From positions 65,224,001-65,288,000 of the forward strand of contig OX597822.1 in the NCBI GenBank assembly GCA_951406725.2: a stretch of DNA of 64,000 bases, in the 5' to 3' direction. Positions 27,844-41,109 of the stretch are shown here, piece after piece. This stretch comes from Octopus vulgaris (taxonomy: Eukaryota). The position numbers and the translations under genes are program-made. The notes below the pieces were generated by a model. It had not been told where the DNA came from. It did not search any database and saw only the letters and a list, made by a program, of their open reading frames with translations. Each line of letters begins with the position of its first letter. Positions within the stretch are counted from its first letter, which is position 1.

Positions 27844-28427
27844 ATGGAATGCCATTAATTATAGGTCTTCTCTACATAAATCATCGATGTAACAATAATA
27901 CCAACAGCAAAGCAACTTCGCTCGTAGAACGAAGAACAATATGAAAAAGCTAAAAAAATCTAATGCTTTCACAATATCAATTTTCAAAACAGAAATAAAA
28001 TTGAGAGATTCCAAAACACCGTTGGTAAGAATAAACAGTGGTAAAATGTTATAATCTGATTGGAAGACAAACATAACACTGGGAAACGAAATTATGTCTA
28101 ATAGCATACGGTCTGTTATTAATGAAGATTACTATTTTTTTTTTTTAAACTGGCTGGCTGGCTTAGAATAGATAAATCGTGACTGAGGATGGATTGTAGG
28201 GAGTAAGCTTAGCGGTTTGGAGTAAACAATTATCCAGCGATGGTTGGAAACAGAGCAAGGTTTCGGGGTGGGTGGTGGTAGGGGTGAAACAGGGCGTATT
28301 TTATGTTTATCGATGAATATCGAGACATACAAGACTGGCAAGTGGTTTTAAAATGCTAAAAGGAAAGACAGAATGAAATAACCTAAAGATGTAGCTAGAA
28401 AATGTATGTACATATGTGTAGATGCAT

Positions 28428-28743
28428 GGAGGCACATTGCTTAGTGGTTAGGGCTGCGGAGTCGCGGTCGAGGGATCGCGGGTTCGAATCTCAGACCGGG
28501 CGATGTGTGTGTGTTCATGAGCAAAAGACCTAAGCTCCATGCTGCTCCGGCAGAAGGTAATGGCGAACTTCTGATGATTCTTTCGCCACAACATTCTCTC
28601 ACTCTTTCCTCCTGCATCTTGCAGCTCACCAGCGACGGACCGGCGTCCCGTCCAGGTGGGAAACCTATACGCCAAGGAAACCGGGAAACTGGCCCTATGT
28701 TCCAGGTGTGGCTCGCGAAGGAACAAACAACAACAACAACAAC
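28428..28743 (+). mobile_element. tRNA-derived SINE, family D variant, (AAC)n tail
   Basis: A/B boxes (TAGTGGTTAG, GGTTCGAATC); flanked by an ATGTGTAGA(T/C)GCA duplication. Confidence 0.85.
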
Positions 28744-28753
28744 ATGTGTAGAC

Positions 28754-29542
28754 GCAGGAGTGGCTGTGTGGTAAGAAACTTGCTTCCCAAGGCGGCGAGC
28801 TGGCAGAAATGTTAGCACGCCGGGCGAAATGCTTAGCGGCATTTCGTCTGCCATTACGTTCGGAGTTTAAAGTCCGCCGAGGTCGACTTTGCCTTTCATC
28901 CTTTCGGGGTCGATAAATTAAGTACCAGTTACGCACTGGAGTCGATATAATCGACTTAATCCGTTTGTCTCCCCTTGTTTGTCTGTGTTTAGCTCCTTAT
29001 GGGTAGTAAAGAAATAGGTATTTCATCTGGCGCTACGTTCTGAGTTCGAATTCCGCCGAGCTCAACTTTGCTTTTCATCCTTTCGGGGTCGATAAATTAA
29101 GTATCAGTTACGCACTGGGGTCGTTGTAATCCCCTTTATGTTTAACCCCTTGTGGGCAATAAAGAAATAAGAAATAAGAAACTTACTTCCCAAGGCGGTG
29201 AGCTGGCAGAAACGTTAGCACGCCGGGCGAAATGCTTAGCGGTATTTCGTGTCTTCACGTTCTGAGTTCGAATTCCGCCGAGGTCATCTTTGCTTTTCAT
29301 CATTTCGGGGTCGAGAAATTGAGATCAAGTTGCGTACCGGGGACGATCTAATCGACTACTCCCTTGCCCCCAAACTTCGGGCCTTGTGCCTAGAGTAGAA
29401 AAGAAGCTTGCTTCTCAACGACATTGTTCCGGGTTCAGTCCCACTTAGGCAAGTGACGTCTGTCATAGCCTCGGGCCGACGAAACCCTTGTGAGTGGATT
29501 TGGTAGACGGAAACTGAAAGAAGTGCGACGTATATATATATA

Positions 29543-29583
<41 letters not shown>

Positions 29584-29795
29584 TTGTGTGCCTCTGTTTG
29601 TTTCCCCCCATCATCGCTTGACAACTGATGTTGGTGTGTTTACGTCTCCGTAACTTAGCGGTTCGGCAAAAAGAGACCGATAGAATAGGTACTCCGCTTA
29701 CAAAGAATAATCCCTTAGGTCGAATTGTACGACTAAAGTCGGTGCTACAGCATGACCGCAGTCAAATGGCTGAAACAAGTGAAAGATTAAAAGAA
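28754..29795 (+). mobile_element. SINE family B carrying two nested family A insertions (28791-29175 dimer; 29194-29400 monomer)
   Basis: The 18-bp target AAGAAACTTGCTTCCCAA appears three times, with small differences (28773, 29176, 29401); family B resumes after 29418. Confidence 0.85.
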
Positions 29796-30420
29796 TGGAA
29801 GAAGAAATAACAGGATGAACAAAATGAAACTAGTCTTTATATTTTCTAGTTATAGTGAATAATGCAATACACAAAAGCTGGCAAAAGTATTCACACAAAC
29901 ACACACAAACACACAAGGAAACATACACGTACACACACAGGAGCACACACTCTGTCCATTTCATTATATGTCTGTGTATATGTTTGTGTATATAAGTACG
30001 TGCACAGCCAGAAGTGAAACTAAAGTCAGCCACAGACTGGCAGGGATTATGTACATACGTATATATGTACATACATATATATATATATGTACATATATAT
30101 GTATGTTCGGGAAGCTGGTATGTAAATGTATGCACGAGAGGCTGGTATGTAAATGTATAATTGTATTTCAGTATTTTTTCTTTTTTTTTTTTGCATAGTG
30201 TGAAATCATCAGTTTTAAAAATATGAAATATATCATATTACTTGGCACGTCTCTGAAACGGCCCGTAGATGGAATTTTTAAATTTTTGTAATATTTTCGT
30301 GGTATTTTAGTACGTCCTTTTAATGTTTTATCATCTCAAATTTTTATTACACCAATGTATTGTAACATTTAAATCTAAAATTCACCGTGTTTTATGTATC
30401 AGGAACTTACCAGCACCCAC

Positions 30421-30451
<31 letters not shown>

Positions 30452-30840
30452 TGTATGTATGTATGTATGTATGTATGTATGTATGTATGTATGTATGTAT
30501 AACAGATCTATGAACTGTTCTATACACAATCTTAGTCGTATTCATACACAGGATGTTATATAAACTTGGTATACAGGAAAGAATTGATGGAATATATAAG
30601 AAGCGTTAAAAATGTGATAAAAAGTGAGGGAGAATGCATTTTCCATCCCAATATTAATTAAATGGATGTAACATTTGTTTATAATCCCACCTGAGACGTG
30701 GGAGGCGTGTGTGGTTAAAAGGCTAGGAGGATATACATATAATGGAAGAAATGCTGGGGAAATGAAATTTGTAGTTACGGAGATGTACTTGCATAGCAAG
30801 TGACCTGATTTGAGATCGTGTGCTGGAACGAAAATAATTG

Positions 30841-30948
30841 CAGCGTGGAAGGTGTTTATATGCCATTTAAGAAACACACAAAAACAGTTAGATTCAGTAA
30901 CGGTTTGTGTGTGTTTCTTAAATGGTTTATAAACACCTTCTACGCTGA
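30841..30948. repeat. Hairpin of ~108 bp
   Basis: CAGCGTGGAAGGTGTTTATATGCCATTTAAGAAACACAC ... GTGTGTTTCTTAAATGGTTTATAAACACCTTCTACGCTG. Confidence 0.85.
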
Positions 30949-31413
30949 AATTTGTAATGAAATTCACAAATATAAAAAAAAAAAAAAAAAAAGGAAAAGT
31001 GATCAACTATAGAGCAGAGAGATATAGTGAATAAAAAGAACGGCAAGAAGATGGCGTTCTATAGAATTTAGAAGAGCTCTGCTGTAACAATATTACTATA
31101 AGTAATATAGTACGTGTTTATCGGAGTCTATGTATTTGTTAAGTAGTTCTGATTTTGTGTATGTGTACATGATAGAAGTGCTTGTATCCCCATATCACAA
31201 TAGAGGCATTGCATTGCTAATTTGAAGTAGCGAACTCATTCCATTTTAAATACAAGACTCTATATTGAGGAGTGAGGCGTGACTCGTTTACAAAAGTAAC
31301 GTGTTAGTAAGTTAATAAACAGTAAACTTGTGTGCATTTCTCTAAGTCACGCATACTTACATACCTATCAAACTGTTTAACTATCCAACTATATACATAC
31401 CGAACTACTACTA

Positions 31414-31517
<104 letters not shown>

Positions 31518-31567
31518 GTTACCCACTGCACATTCTTAATTTTCTCTCCTTGTTTCTTTCTGTCTTC

Positions 31568-31603
31568 CTTTCTGTGGAAGATCGTAGGCTCGAAACGTTA
31601 AAG
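31568..31603 (+). ncRNA. Minimal hammerhead-like motif with variant core CUGUGGA (P1 copy, ~31535-31680)
   Basis: CUUU-CUGUGGA-A-GAUC-GUAG-GCUC-GAAA-CG-UU-AAAG; one mismatch in stem II. Confidence 0.5.
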
Positions 31604-31803
31604 ACTTTTTCACTTCTCGAGCGTTATACTAATACATCTGCTTGTCTTCGTCTTTTGCTTTTTTGTGAATTCTCCCCCTATATATATACGTATATATATA
31701 TATATATTGATAGATATGGTAAGACAACAAAAGAATGAAAGAGACCTCGAATTATGTAAATAGAGGAATTTGTCTGTAAATATAATACGTGACATTTATT
31801 CGG

Positions 31804-31877
31804 TAGCCATGATAAAACTCCGAGTTTCGTATATCGGGGCGGAAACCTATGCCGCCATCTCTTCAGTTATCCGGCCA
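31804..31877 (-). ncRNA. Type-I hammerhead motif with extended stem I
   Basis: UGGCCG-GAUAA-CUGAAGA-(GAUGGCGG...CCGCC...C)-GAAA-CUCGGAG-UU-UUAUC-AU-GGCUA; canonical core, irregular stem II base. Confidence 0.65.
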
Positions 31878-32152
31878 TCAAAAACTACATACACATACAT
31901 TTAAATCAACCATTATAAATAATCTGAAAGCGGAAGAGTAAAAATATGTAAGCCTTTCCTCAAGTTCGGCTTGCGACATTTTTTTCTTATGTGCAATCCA
32001 ACGACAGACTTTTGTATCTTTTATGCAAACTTGCATCTTCCGCACAGGAAGAACTCGAATAATTAAATAGAAGAGAACATATACACAGATATGTACAGAT
32101 ACTCCCACGCTTAAATGAACACATACACACATACATAGGTACATACACACGA

Positions 32153-32203
<51 letters not shown>

Positions 32204-32851
32204 CATATACGTATAAATATACCTATCTGTGTATTAACATGTGTATATGTGTATGTATTTGTGTGTGTGTGTTTCTCTGTGTATTTGTGTATATGCATCT
32301 ATGATCGGGAAGCGCATGTCTTTTTGCCATATACCCGGAATGTTATTGTGTTCGTGTTTCGTGTTCTTTTATGAAGCGTACTTTTCATATTTTTATTTCA
32401 GTTTGGAATAATAACAAATTTCTAAAGTTCAACATCAATACTTTCAGACCTTCAGCAGATTCACCTTCCGGCTGAAACGATGTTGTTGTGTGATAGTTTC
32501 TTTCATGTCAGACATAAACAATGGCATTAGCGTAGACACTACACACACACACACACACACGCACCCCCACACACACACACGCACCCCCCACACACACGCA
32601 CACATATGAATTATTAAGGTTGCCATTCGCAATTTACAACCGAAAGGCAACAAGTATGTATGTGTACTATATGTGTTGAAATATATATATATATATATAT
32701 ACATATACGTATAAATATACCTATCTGTATATTAACATGTGTATATGTGTATGTATTTGTGTGTGTTTGTGTGTGCGTGTTTCTCTGTGTATTTATATAT
32801 ATACATGCGTGTGTGTATATATATTTATATATGTATATATTCTTCTTTTCT

Positions 32852-33279
32852 TTTATTCTTTTACTTGTTTCAGTCAATTGACTGCGGCCATGCTGGAGCA
32901 TCGCCTTTAGTCGAGCAAATCGAACCCAGAGCTTATTCTTTGTAAGCCTAGTACTTATTCCATCGTTCTCCTTTTGTCGAACCGCTAAGTTACGTGGACG
33001 TAAACATACCACCATCGGTTGTCAAGCGATGATGGTAGTGGTGGGGGACAAACACAGACACACAAAAACATATATATATACATATATATACATATATATA
33101 TATATACATATACATATACGACTGGCTTCTTCCAGTTTCCGTCTAACGAATCCACTCACAAGGATTTGGTCGGCCCGAGGCTATAGCAGAAGGCACTTGC
33201 CAAAGTTGCCACGCAGTGCGACTGAACCCAAGTCCATGTGGTTGATAAGCAAGCTACTTACCACACAGCCACTCCTGCG

Positions 33280-33281
<2 letters not shown>
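32852..33281 (-). mobile_element. SINE family B, near full length
   Basis: Head to tail match to the other copies. Confidence 0.87.
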
Positions 33282-33313
<32 letters not shown>

Positions 33314-34192
33314 TATATATATTTATATATATATACATACACACACATCTATTTCAACACACATATACATACATGTTTAGAGAGAGAGAGAGAGGGAGAG
33401 AGAGAGAGAAAAATATGAAACAGAATTTTAAATATTTAGATTGAAATATAGGATTAACCAGACAGTTAGCTAGTTTAGTAGATAACTAGCTGGCTAGATA
33501 AATACCGAGAAATAATTAAGTTGATTCAGTTTTTATATAACTTATATAAATATTAGATCCTTTACTATAGATTTTCGTCTAGATTAGTCATAAAATCTTA
33601 CAGTTTCTCTATACTGATGCGATTAAGCTGATCAGCGAATTATAATGTTAGGAATATTGATTTATTTTGTAGCTCGTAGACATAATTCATTTTTGTCAGT
33701 TAGCACATGGTAATTGAAAGAAATCTTCGAAGTGCAATCTCTGTTACGCTACATCTAGTTTTAAAATTTTGCTGCAGCTATCTAAATTTCACAGTAACAG
33801 CAATCCAGGTATGACTTACCTTTTCAAAATCAGAACAATAGTTACTATATGTTTGGGGCTTTCGATCGGACAGGTTCCAATATTTATTATTAAACCTCGG
33901 TAAAAATTTCTGTGTGTAAAACTGGTTGTTTTCCATATATCTAAGTCCCAATTCTGTTGTGTCTGGGGAGAATCATTTTCTTTTTTTTGCCTTATAATTT
34001 AACACAATTATTTCTTATTTTTATTTTCCTAAAATTTTCATTGCGTCTTGCAACATTTTCAATCGTCAAGACAATTGACATGGTTGCAAGAAGCAACGGA
34101 ATAAGACTATTGTTTACGCCACAGTAGTTGTGTTAGGGAAATGATGTCGTATGGGCGCCGATTCATAAAGTGCTTTCATATACTTATACAAA

Positions 34193-34306
<114 letters not shown>

Positions 34307-34652
34307 TAATATTTAATATTTATACATGTTACTGAGTTTCGCCCGAGTGCCTGGGTAGGCGCAAGGTCCTGAACAGATGCCGCAAACCATCCAACAAACA
34401 TTCTATTAGTTGTGTAGCACCAATCTGCTACCCTTCCCTGGGTTCTTACATTTTTATTGACTCCAGACTATTGGAAGATGAACTGACCACAGTCGGATTT
34501 GAGATCCGATCGCAGAAACTCGAAACAAATATGGCTTTCAAATTTTAGCACGGAGCCAATTCAGAACAAATACTGTGTGTGTTTGTGTGGTGTGTACTTT
34601 GTAATGTGTATATGTGTGTATATGTTTTGTAATGTGTCTATGTGTATGTGTG

Positions 34653-34698
<46 letters not shown>

Positions 34699-34805
34699 GC
34701 AGTGCATTTTATCCAAAGCTTTATCAATTCTGTTACATTAACTTTGGAAATTCCACATCGTCATCAATTCTTGTTTAGAGTGTAATATATACTTCAGTTG
34801 CTGCT

Positions 34806-35012
34806 GAGACCACCTTCGGTCATGACTGACCATGGAATTGCACCTAGAAGATTACCCTCCCAGGCACAAGTCCGGGCAACGTTGTTTACGGAAGACCAGC
34901 AGTCGCCCATGCATACCGGCCTGCCCTCTCCACGCCACCAGTGTTATCCAAGGGAAAGGCAAAGGCCGATATAGCTTGGCACCTGTGATGTCGCAACTCA
35001 TTTCTGCAGCTG
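34806..35012 (-). mobile_element. SINE family C, 5'-truncated
   Basis: Matches 14865-15080. Confidence 0.85.
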
Positions 35013-35701
35013 AGGGAACTGTACAAAGAGCTAAAACCTGTATTGGTGTACTTGACAACATATACGAAATGCTACAATTGCTACATATATACCAAAATGA
35101 GCATATTTCAGCGGAATAGGTGAAATATATTCAGAAATACTTTGTAAATATCGAATAATAAAATCTAAAACAGTGTTTCCTGAATTTCATATCTCATATA
35201 TACAAACGCTCGCTTTTTAAGCATATCAGACCCATCCCTCTTATCTCTGCTCATCATACGAGGTGTGCCTCACCTCCTGTACGTTTGGGTCCATCGTTTC
35301 TTACCGGAACTGAATATTTTTGGAATTCCATCCTTGGCTATGGTTTACCTGAAAACATTGAGCACAAAATGTTCTACATGAAAGGGTCTGCAAAGCTCAG
35401 AGGCACCGCCTCTTTTACTCTACTTATGAAAAAGATTTTAAAAAATACACATTAGCGTTGGATCCGTAGAATATATGAATCACAATTTAAAGTTATTTCT
35501 ACGGATATTCTTAGAAAATCAGTCAGCACTAAATGTTATGACCTTTCGCATAGCTATACGTCTATGTAAATAACGCGGTCGTTGCCAGGAATGTGTTCGT
35601 TATTTAAAATTAGTATATCCAATCGTGCTACGCCGTTATATTTAGTTGCTCTTTAAGTAATATGTTTGTGGATGGTTAAATAGTTGCATGTTGTGCTGAA
35701 G

Positions 35702-36225
35702 AATGCTTAGCGGTATTTCGTTCAAATTCCGCCGAGGTCAACTTTGCCTTTCATCCTTTCGGGGTCGATTAAATAAGTACCAGTTACGCACAAAGAGTCG
35801 ATGTAATCGGCTTAATCCGTGTGTCTGTCCTTGTTTGTCCCCTCTGTGTTTAGCCCCTTGTGGGTAGTAAAGAAATAGGTATTTCGTCTACCGTTACGTT
35901 CTGAGTTCACATTCCGCCGAGGTCGACTTTGCCTTTCTCCTTTCGGGGTCGATTAAATAAGTACCAGTTACGCACTAGGGTCGATGTAATCGGCTTAATC
36001 CGTGTGTCTGTCCTTGTTTGTTTCCTCTGTGTTTAGCCCCTTGTGGGTAGTAAAGAAATAGGTATTTCGTCTGCCGTTACGTTCTGAGTTCAAATTTCGC
36101 CGAGGTCGACTTTGCCTTTCATCCTTTCGGGGTCGATAAATTAAGTAGCAGTTGCGAACTGGTGTCGATCTAATCGACTGGCCCTTCTCCCCTAAAATTT
36201 CGAGCCTTGTGCCTAGAGAAGAAAA
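35702..36225 (+). mobile_element. SINE family A trimer
   Basis: Three body units joined at AAAGAAATAGGT|ATTTCGTCT; the last unit has the alternative CCTTGTGCCTAGAG tail. Confidence 0.88.
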
Positions 36226-36307
36226 GACATTTCAAGGACGGTGCCGCAGCATAACTACAGAGTGAAACACGCAAACGATAAAATAAAATATACATACATA
36301 TATATAA

Positions 36308-36365
<58 letters not shown>

Positions 36366-36412
36366 TTGGGCGTGTATGTGAGTGTGTGTCTGTATATATG
36401 TGTGTGTGTCTG

Positions 36413-36451
<39 letters not shown>

Positions 36452-36494
36452 AATCTTTGTCTTGGAACTGCCCAAGTAGATCACCATTTGTTAC

Positions 36495-36628
36495 CTTGAG
36501 GGAGAAATGTCGACATTTTCAGTATTGTTCAGTTCTTGACGATGCTGTGATTTCAGTTACTCAGTTATCTTCCCTTCCTCCCCGCCATTGCTCTCCACTT
36601 CCTCCTACTCACGCTTCTCGTCAAAGCT
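36495..36628 (-). other. Candidate exon of an unidentified gene (5' UTR plus start codon, MSTFLPQ)
   Basis: Long polypyrimidine tract then CTGTCAG| acceptor; AAAATGTCG start at 36516; CAAG|GTAAC donor. No homology recognised. Confidence 0.25.
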
Positions 36629-36955
36629 CTGACAGTTATTAAAAAGAAAGAAGAGAAAAAAGAAGACAGGAGTTTCCTAAACGATTTCTGAGCCTGTGTG
36701 TTTTGTTTTGTATTTTTTTTTAAATAACGTTATATTTTTTTTTTACTGTTTTCTTTTTTTTTTTCCTTTATCTTTCTTTTTTTTCTCTTTTTTTTTTTTA
36801 CTCCGAGAATTTGGGTTTGTGTGTATATTTGTGTGCCGTTGTGTAATAGTGTGTATATGCTTGGCAGATTTTATTCTTTTGTATGTATGTATGTATGTAT
36901 GTATGTATGTATGTATGTATGAATGTATGACTATGTGTGCGTGCGTGTGTGTATG

Positions 36956-36999
<44 letters not shown>

Positions 37000-37159
37000 T
37001 ATATATATATAATGATCTATGGTATGTACGTACGTGTATCAGAATGCACACGTATCTATTTATATTGTCCTTACATACATGAATAGATATGTGTGTATAC
37101 ATATCGATACATATACATACACATATACATATACATACATACATACATACATATATACG

Positions 37160-37217
<58 letters not shown>

Positions 37218-37328
37218 ACTTGTCTATATGTGTGCTTATGTATGTATTGGCATGCGTGTATTTGTGTGGAGATGCGTGTGCGTATGTGCGCGCGCATGTG
37301 CTTGTGTGTGTCTGAGTGTGTGCATGTG

Positions 37329-37411
<83 letters not shown>

Positions 37412-38086
37412 ATCCTTTACTTTATTTCTTAAAGCTCTAAACAACTCTTCACTTTCTTCTAACAGCAACTTCCGTAAAACAGAGATTTGCTCTTTCATTT
37501 GCTCTCCTTCATTTCTATAATTCTCTTTACTTCTTCTTCACCCTTTATCTAGTCTTTGTTCTCTCTCCCTTTCTCTCTCTCTCTCTCTCTTTCTCTCCTT
37601 ATTCATTCATTTCAATCACCTCACTCATACATTTCGTAAACAACTCCAAAGCCTCTCTCACCAACTCCCGTTCCAAAGCCTTACCGTCCTCAGCCCTTTC
37701 TCCTCCAACTCTTCCTCATCACTAACAGCAGCAGCAGCAGCAACAGCAACAGCAGCAGCAGCAGCAGCAGCAGCATCAACAACGGCGAAGTTGTTGCATT
37801 TCTTGAACTCATCTTCATCTCTATTGGAGTAGTCATAAATTTTATATTAATATTTCACACCAACAACTGTCATGACAGAAAAAAAAGTAATAACATCAGT
37901 GTGACTGTAATAATAGTCATAGCAATCCTCTTCTCCCCCTCCTCTTCATCATCGTTACAAGCATGAGCATCGTGTTCTCCGTTGTCCTCATCATCACAAT
38001 CACCAACAACGTCAGCATCTCCTAAACGTTTCCGGTGCTATCATTTCGTCAACATCATTCTATACTCATCATTGTAGTTGCCATGT

Positions 38087-38418
38087 GAAGGCGCATGGCT
38101 CAGTGGTTAGTGCGTCGAGCTTACGATCGTGAGGTTGTGAGTTCGAATCCTGGACCGGGCTGCGTGTTGTGTTCTTGAGCAAGATATCTTATTTCACGTT
38201 GCTCCAGTTTACTCAGCTGTGGAAATGAGTTACAGTGTCACTGAGGCCAAGCTGTATCGGCCCCTTTGCCTTTCCCTTGGATAACACTGGTGGCGTGGAG
38301 AGGGGAGGCCAGTATGCTGGTCTTCCATAAAAACAACCTTGCCCGGACTTGTGCCTGGTGGGGGGAGGGTAATTTTCTAGGTGCATTCCCATGGTCAGTC
38401 ATGAACGAAGGTGGTCTC
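38087..38418 (+). mobile_element. SINE family C, near full length
   Basis: GAAGGCGCATGGCTCAGTGGTTAG ... GAAGGTGGTCTC. Confidence 0.87.
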
Positions 38419-38483
38419 CGCTCTCAGTTGCCATCTCAGATCATCATCATAATCATCATGGTCATCATATTACTTACTACTAC

Positions 38484-38582
<99 letters not shown>

Positions 38583-38747
38583 TACCACGACAGAGTTTGA
38601 ACTCAGAGCACAAAGTACTAGGAGAAAATTTTGTCCGATGTGCTAACGGTCCTGCCAGCCAGTCGCCTTCATTACTCTTATTATGACGATTAAAACTGAT
38701 TTCAAATTTTGGCACAAGACAAATATGTTCGCAGAGAAGGGCCAGTC

Positions 38748-39019
38748 GGCGGAATTTGAACTCAGAACGTAACGGCAGACGAAATACTTATTTCTTTACT
38801 ACCCACAAGGGGCAAAACACAGAGAGGACAAGCAAGGACAAACAAATGGATTAAGTCGATTATATCAACCCCAGTGCGTAACTGGTACTTATTTAATCGA
38901 CCCTGAAAGGAAGAAAGGCAAAGACGACCTCGGCGGAATTTGAACTCAGAACGTAGCGGCAGACGAAATAGCACTAAGCATTTCGCCCGGCGTGCTAACG
39001 ATTCTGTTATCTCGCCGCC
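38748..39019 (-). mobile_element. SINE family A (unit plus partial second unit)
   Basis: Same head and junction as the other copies. Confidence 0.82.
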
Positions 39020-39089
<70 letters not shown>

Positions 39090-39090
<1 letters not shown>

Positions 39091-39238
39091 CTTGATATGA
39101 GATCACCATGTCACACACAAATGGTTGTGATGCATGTGCCTGGTGTACCCTTATCAGACGAGTAGTCATGATAGGTATACTGGGCTTCGTATATTTTACC
39201 CCATTGTCACTTTGATGGCATGCACTGCTCTCTCACTC
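39090..39238 (+). mobile_element. Short 5'-truncated copy of the AAT-tailed retroposon at 5208-5740
   Basis: Near-identical to ~5592-5740; (AAT)n on both sides. Confidence 0.8.
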
Positions 39239-39293
<55 letters not shown>

Positions 39294-40189
39294 TTTCGTT
39301 CTGAATTTAGCACACAGGCCAGGGATGTTGAAGGCAAGAGCAAGTGGATTACATGGATCTAATTAATTAACCGATACTTTATTACATCGTCTCAAAAGGA
39401 AAAGGATGAACGGCAAAGTTGACCTCTGCAAGATTTGAACTCAGAAGTTTAAGACCGAAAAGAAATGTTGCTAAGCATTTTGTCTGACACATTAACGATT
39501 CTGCCAGTTCGCCAATAACAAGAACAGCAACAGAAGCAGCAGCAGCAGTAGGGCGTGGGTGAAGGCGAGGTGGAGGAGGTGGGGACAGAACCAAAATAAA
39601 AATAACTGCTACACCGCCATTGCCACGGAGATATGCTGATACGTTTCTATCAAGACCAGCTGACGTATCTGTCCCAGCAGAGCAGATGGAATATTCTGGA
39701 TGCGGAAGGTCGCCACTCGTTAACCCAAGTTTACACACTCACAACAATAGACTGATATGTTTAGCTCTCCTAAACACGTGTACCGTTCTCTGATGGAATA
39801 CTTTAGCGAGATGTTCCCATGTCGGAAGCAAAGCGTCTTTATTTTTCTACACCATTCTTTCGTATCTTACTCATCATGTCTGCATATGCCGCGGGTGAAG
39901 AAAAATACGTATGAGCGAGATATGGAAATACGGTAATAAGTTGTGTGTGTGTGTACATAAAATATATATAAGCTCAGACGTGGCTGTATGATAAGAAGCA
40001 TGCTTGCCAACTACATGTTCCTGGTTGTCCCACTTTGTAAGTCTAATACTTATTCTAAGTTACGGGGATGTAAACACACCAACACCGGTTGTCAGGTGAT
40101 GGTGGTGAGATTAACACAGACACACAAACATTTATATATATATATATACGACGGGCTTATTTCAGTTTCTGTCTACCAAATGAAGTCAG

Positions 40190-40458
40190 AAGGTCCAAGA
40201 TTTTTGGGGAGGGGGCCAGTCGATTAGATCGACCCAGTACACAACTGGGACAAACAAGGACAGATGGGACAAACAAGGACAGACATAGGTATTAAGTCGA
40301 ATGCATCGACGCCAGTGCGTAACTGGTACTTAATTTATCGACCCCAAAAGGATGAAAGCAAAGTCGACCTCGGCGGAATTTGAACTCGAACGTAAAGACA
40401 GACGAAATACCGCTACGCATTTCGCCCGGCGTGCTAACGTTTCTGCCAACTCGCCGCC
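40190..40458 (-). mobile_element. SINE family A, rearranged
   Basis: Head and body, fused to the alternative tail. Confidence 0.75.
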
Positions 40459-41109
40459 TTGTAAAACTAAATATATTTTTAAACGTAAAATGGTTTAAGT
40501 GGGATAATCTATTAGTTCAAAGGAATTTCCAGAAACAAAAATATTCGGAGTAATGACTTTTGAAACTTTCAAACGTTTACTATTTATACTTCTACACCGG
40601 TATTGGGTACTCTTTTCTTACCTTATTCTCATTCGCGTTTTCACTCACACATAAACACGCACATCAATATACACACACAAACACGGTAATACATATATGT
40701 ACACACGTGTACACGTATGTATTACTCATCATGGCATAGAAAAACATTGCAAATAGGCAGATAAAACCGATGTGAATGTAAAATAGAATCTGTTGAATTC
40801 TATACTACGAATATATTATCTGAAATGTAAATAAAACATACCAAAGATTATATAAAAAGATTGAAATGGCATGCATATATATATTTTCGTTAATGGAATC
40901 CTCCGAAATTATACAGATAATAAATTTAGAAAGTTCACCATTGCACCCAACTCTCTTAAAAATTGCAAGTCACCATGACGCATTATTTGACACGACACAT
41001 TCGCTACGATGTAGACAAAAAATACGTATAGCTGGCTATTATGCCGTAATTTTAGTAACTGGTCTAGAAAGGAAACCTAGCATTATAATGGTATCACACA
41101 ATAGACATA

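Noticed and set aside
37730-37775. (CAG)n as a polyglutamine exon
   Set aside because: No sustained reading frame or splice sites; similar triplet tracts are everywhere in the window.
38087-38160. tRNA genes at SINE heads (also 61303, 28428, 58857)
   Set aside because: No paired acceptor stem or T-run terminator; each continues into a multi-copy SINE body.
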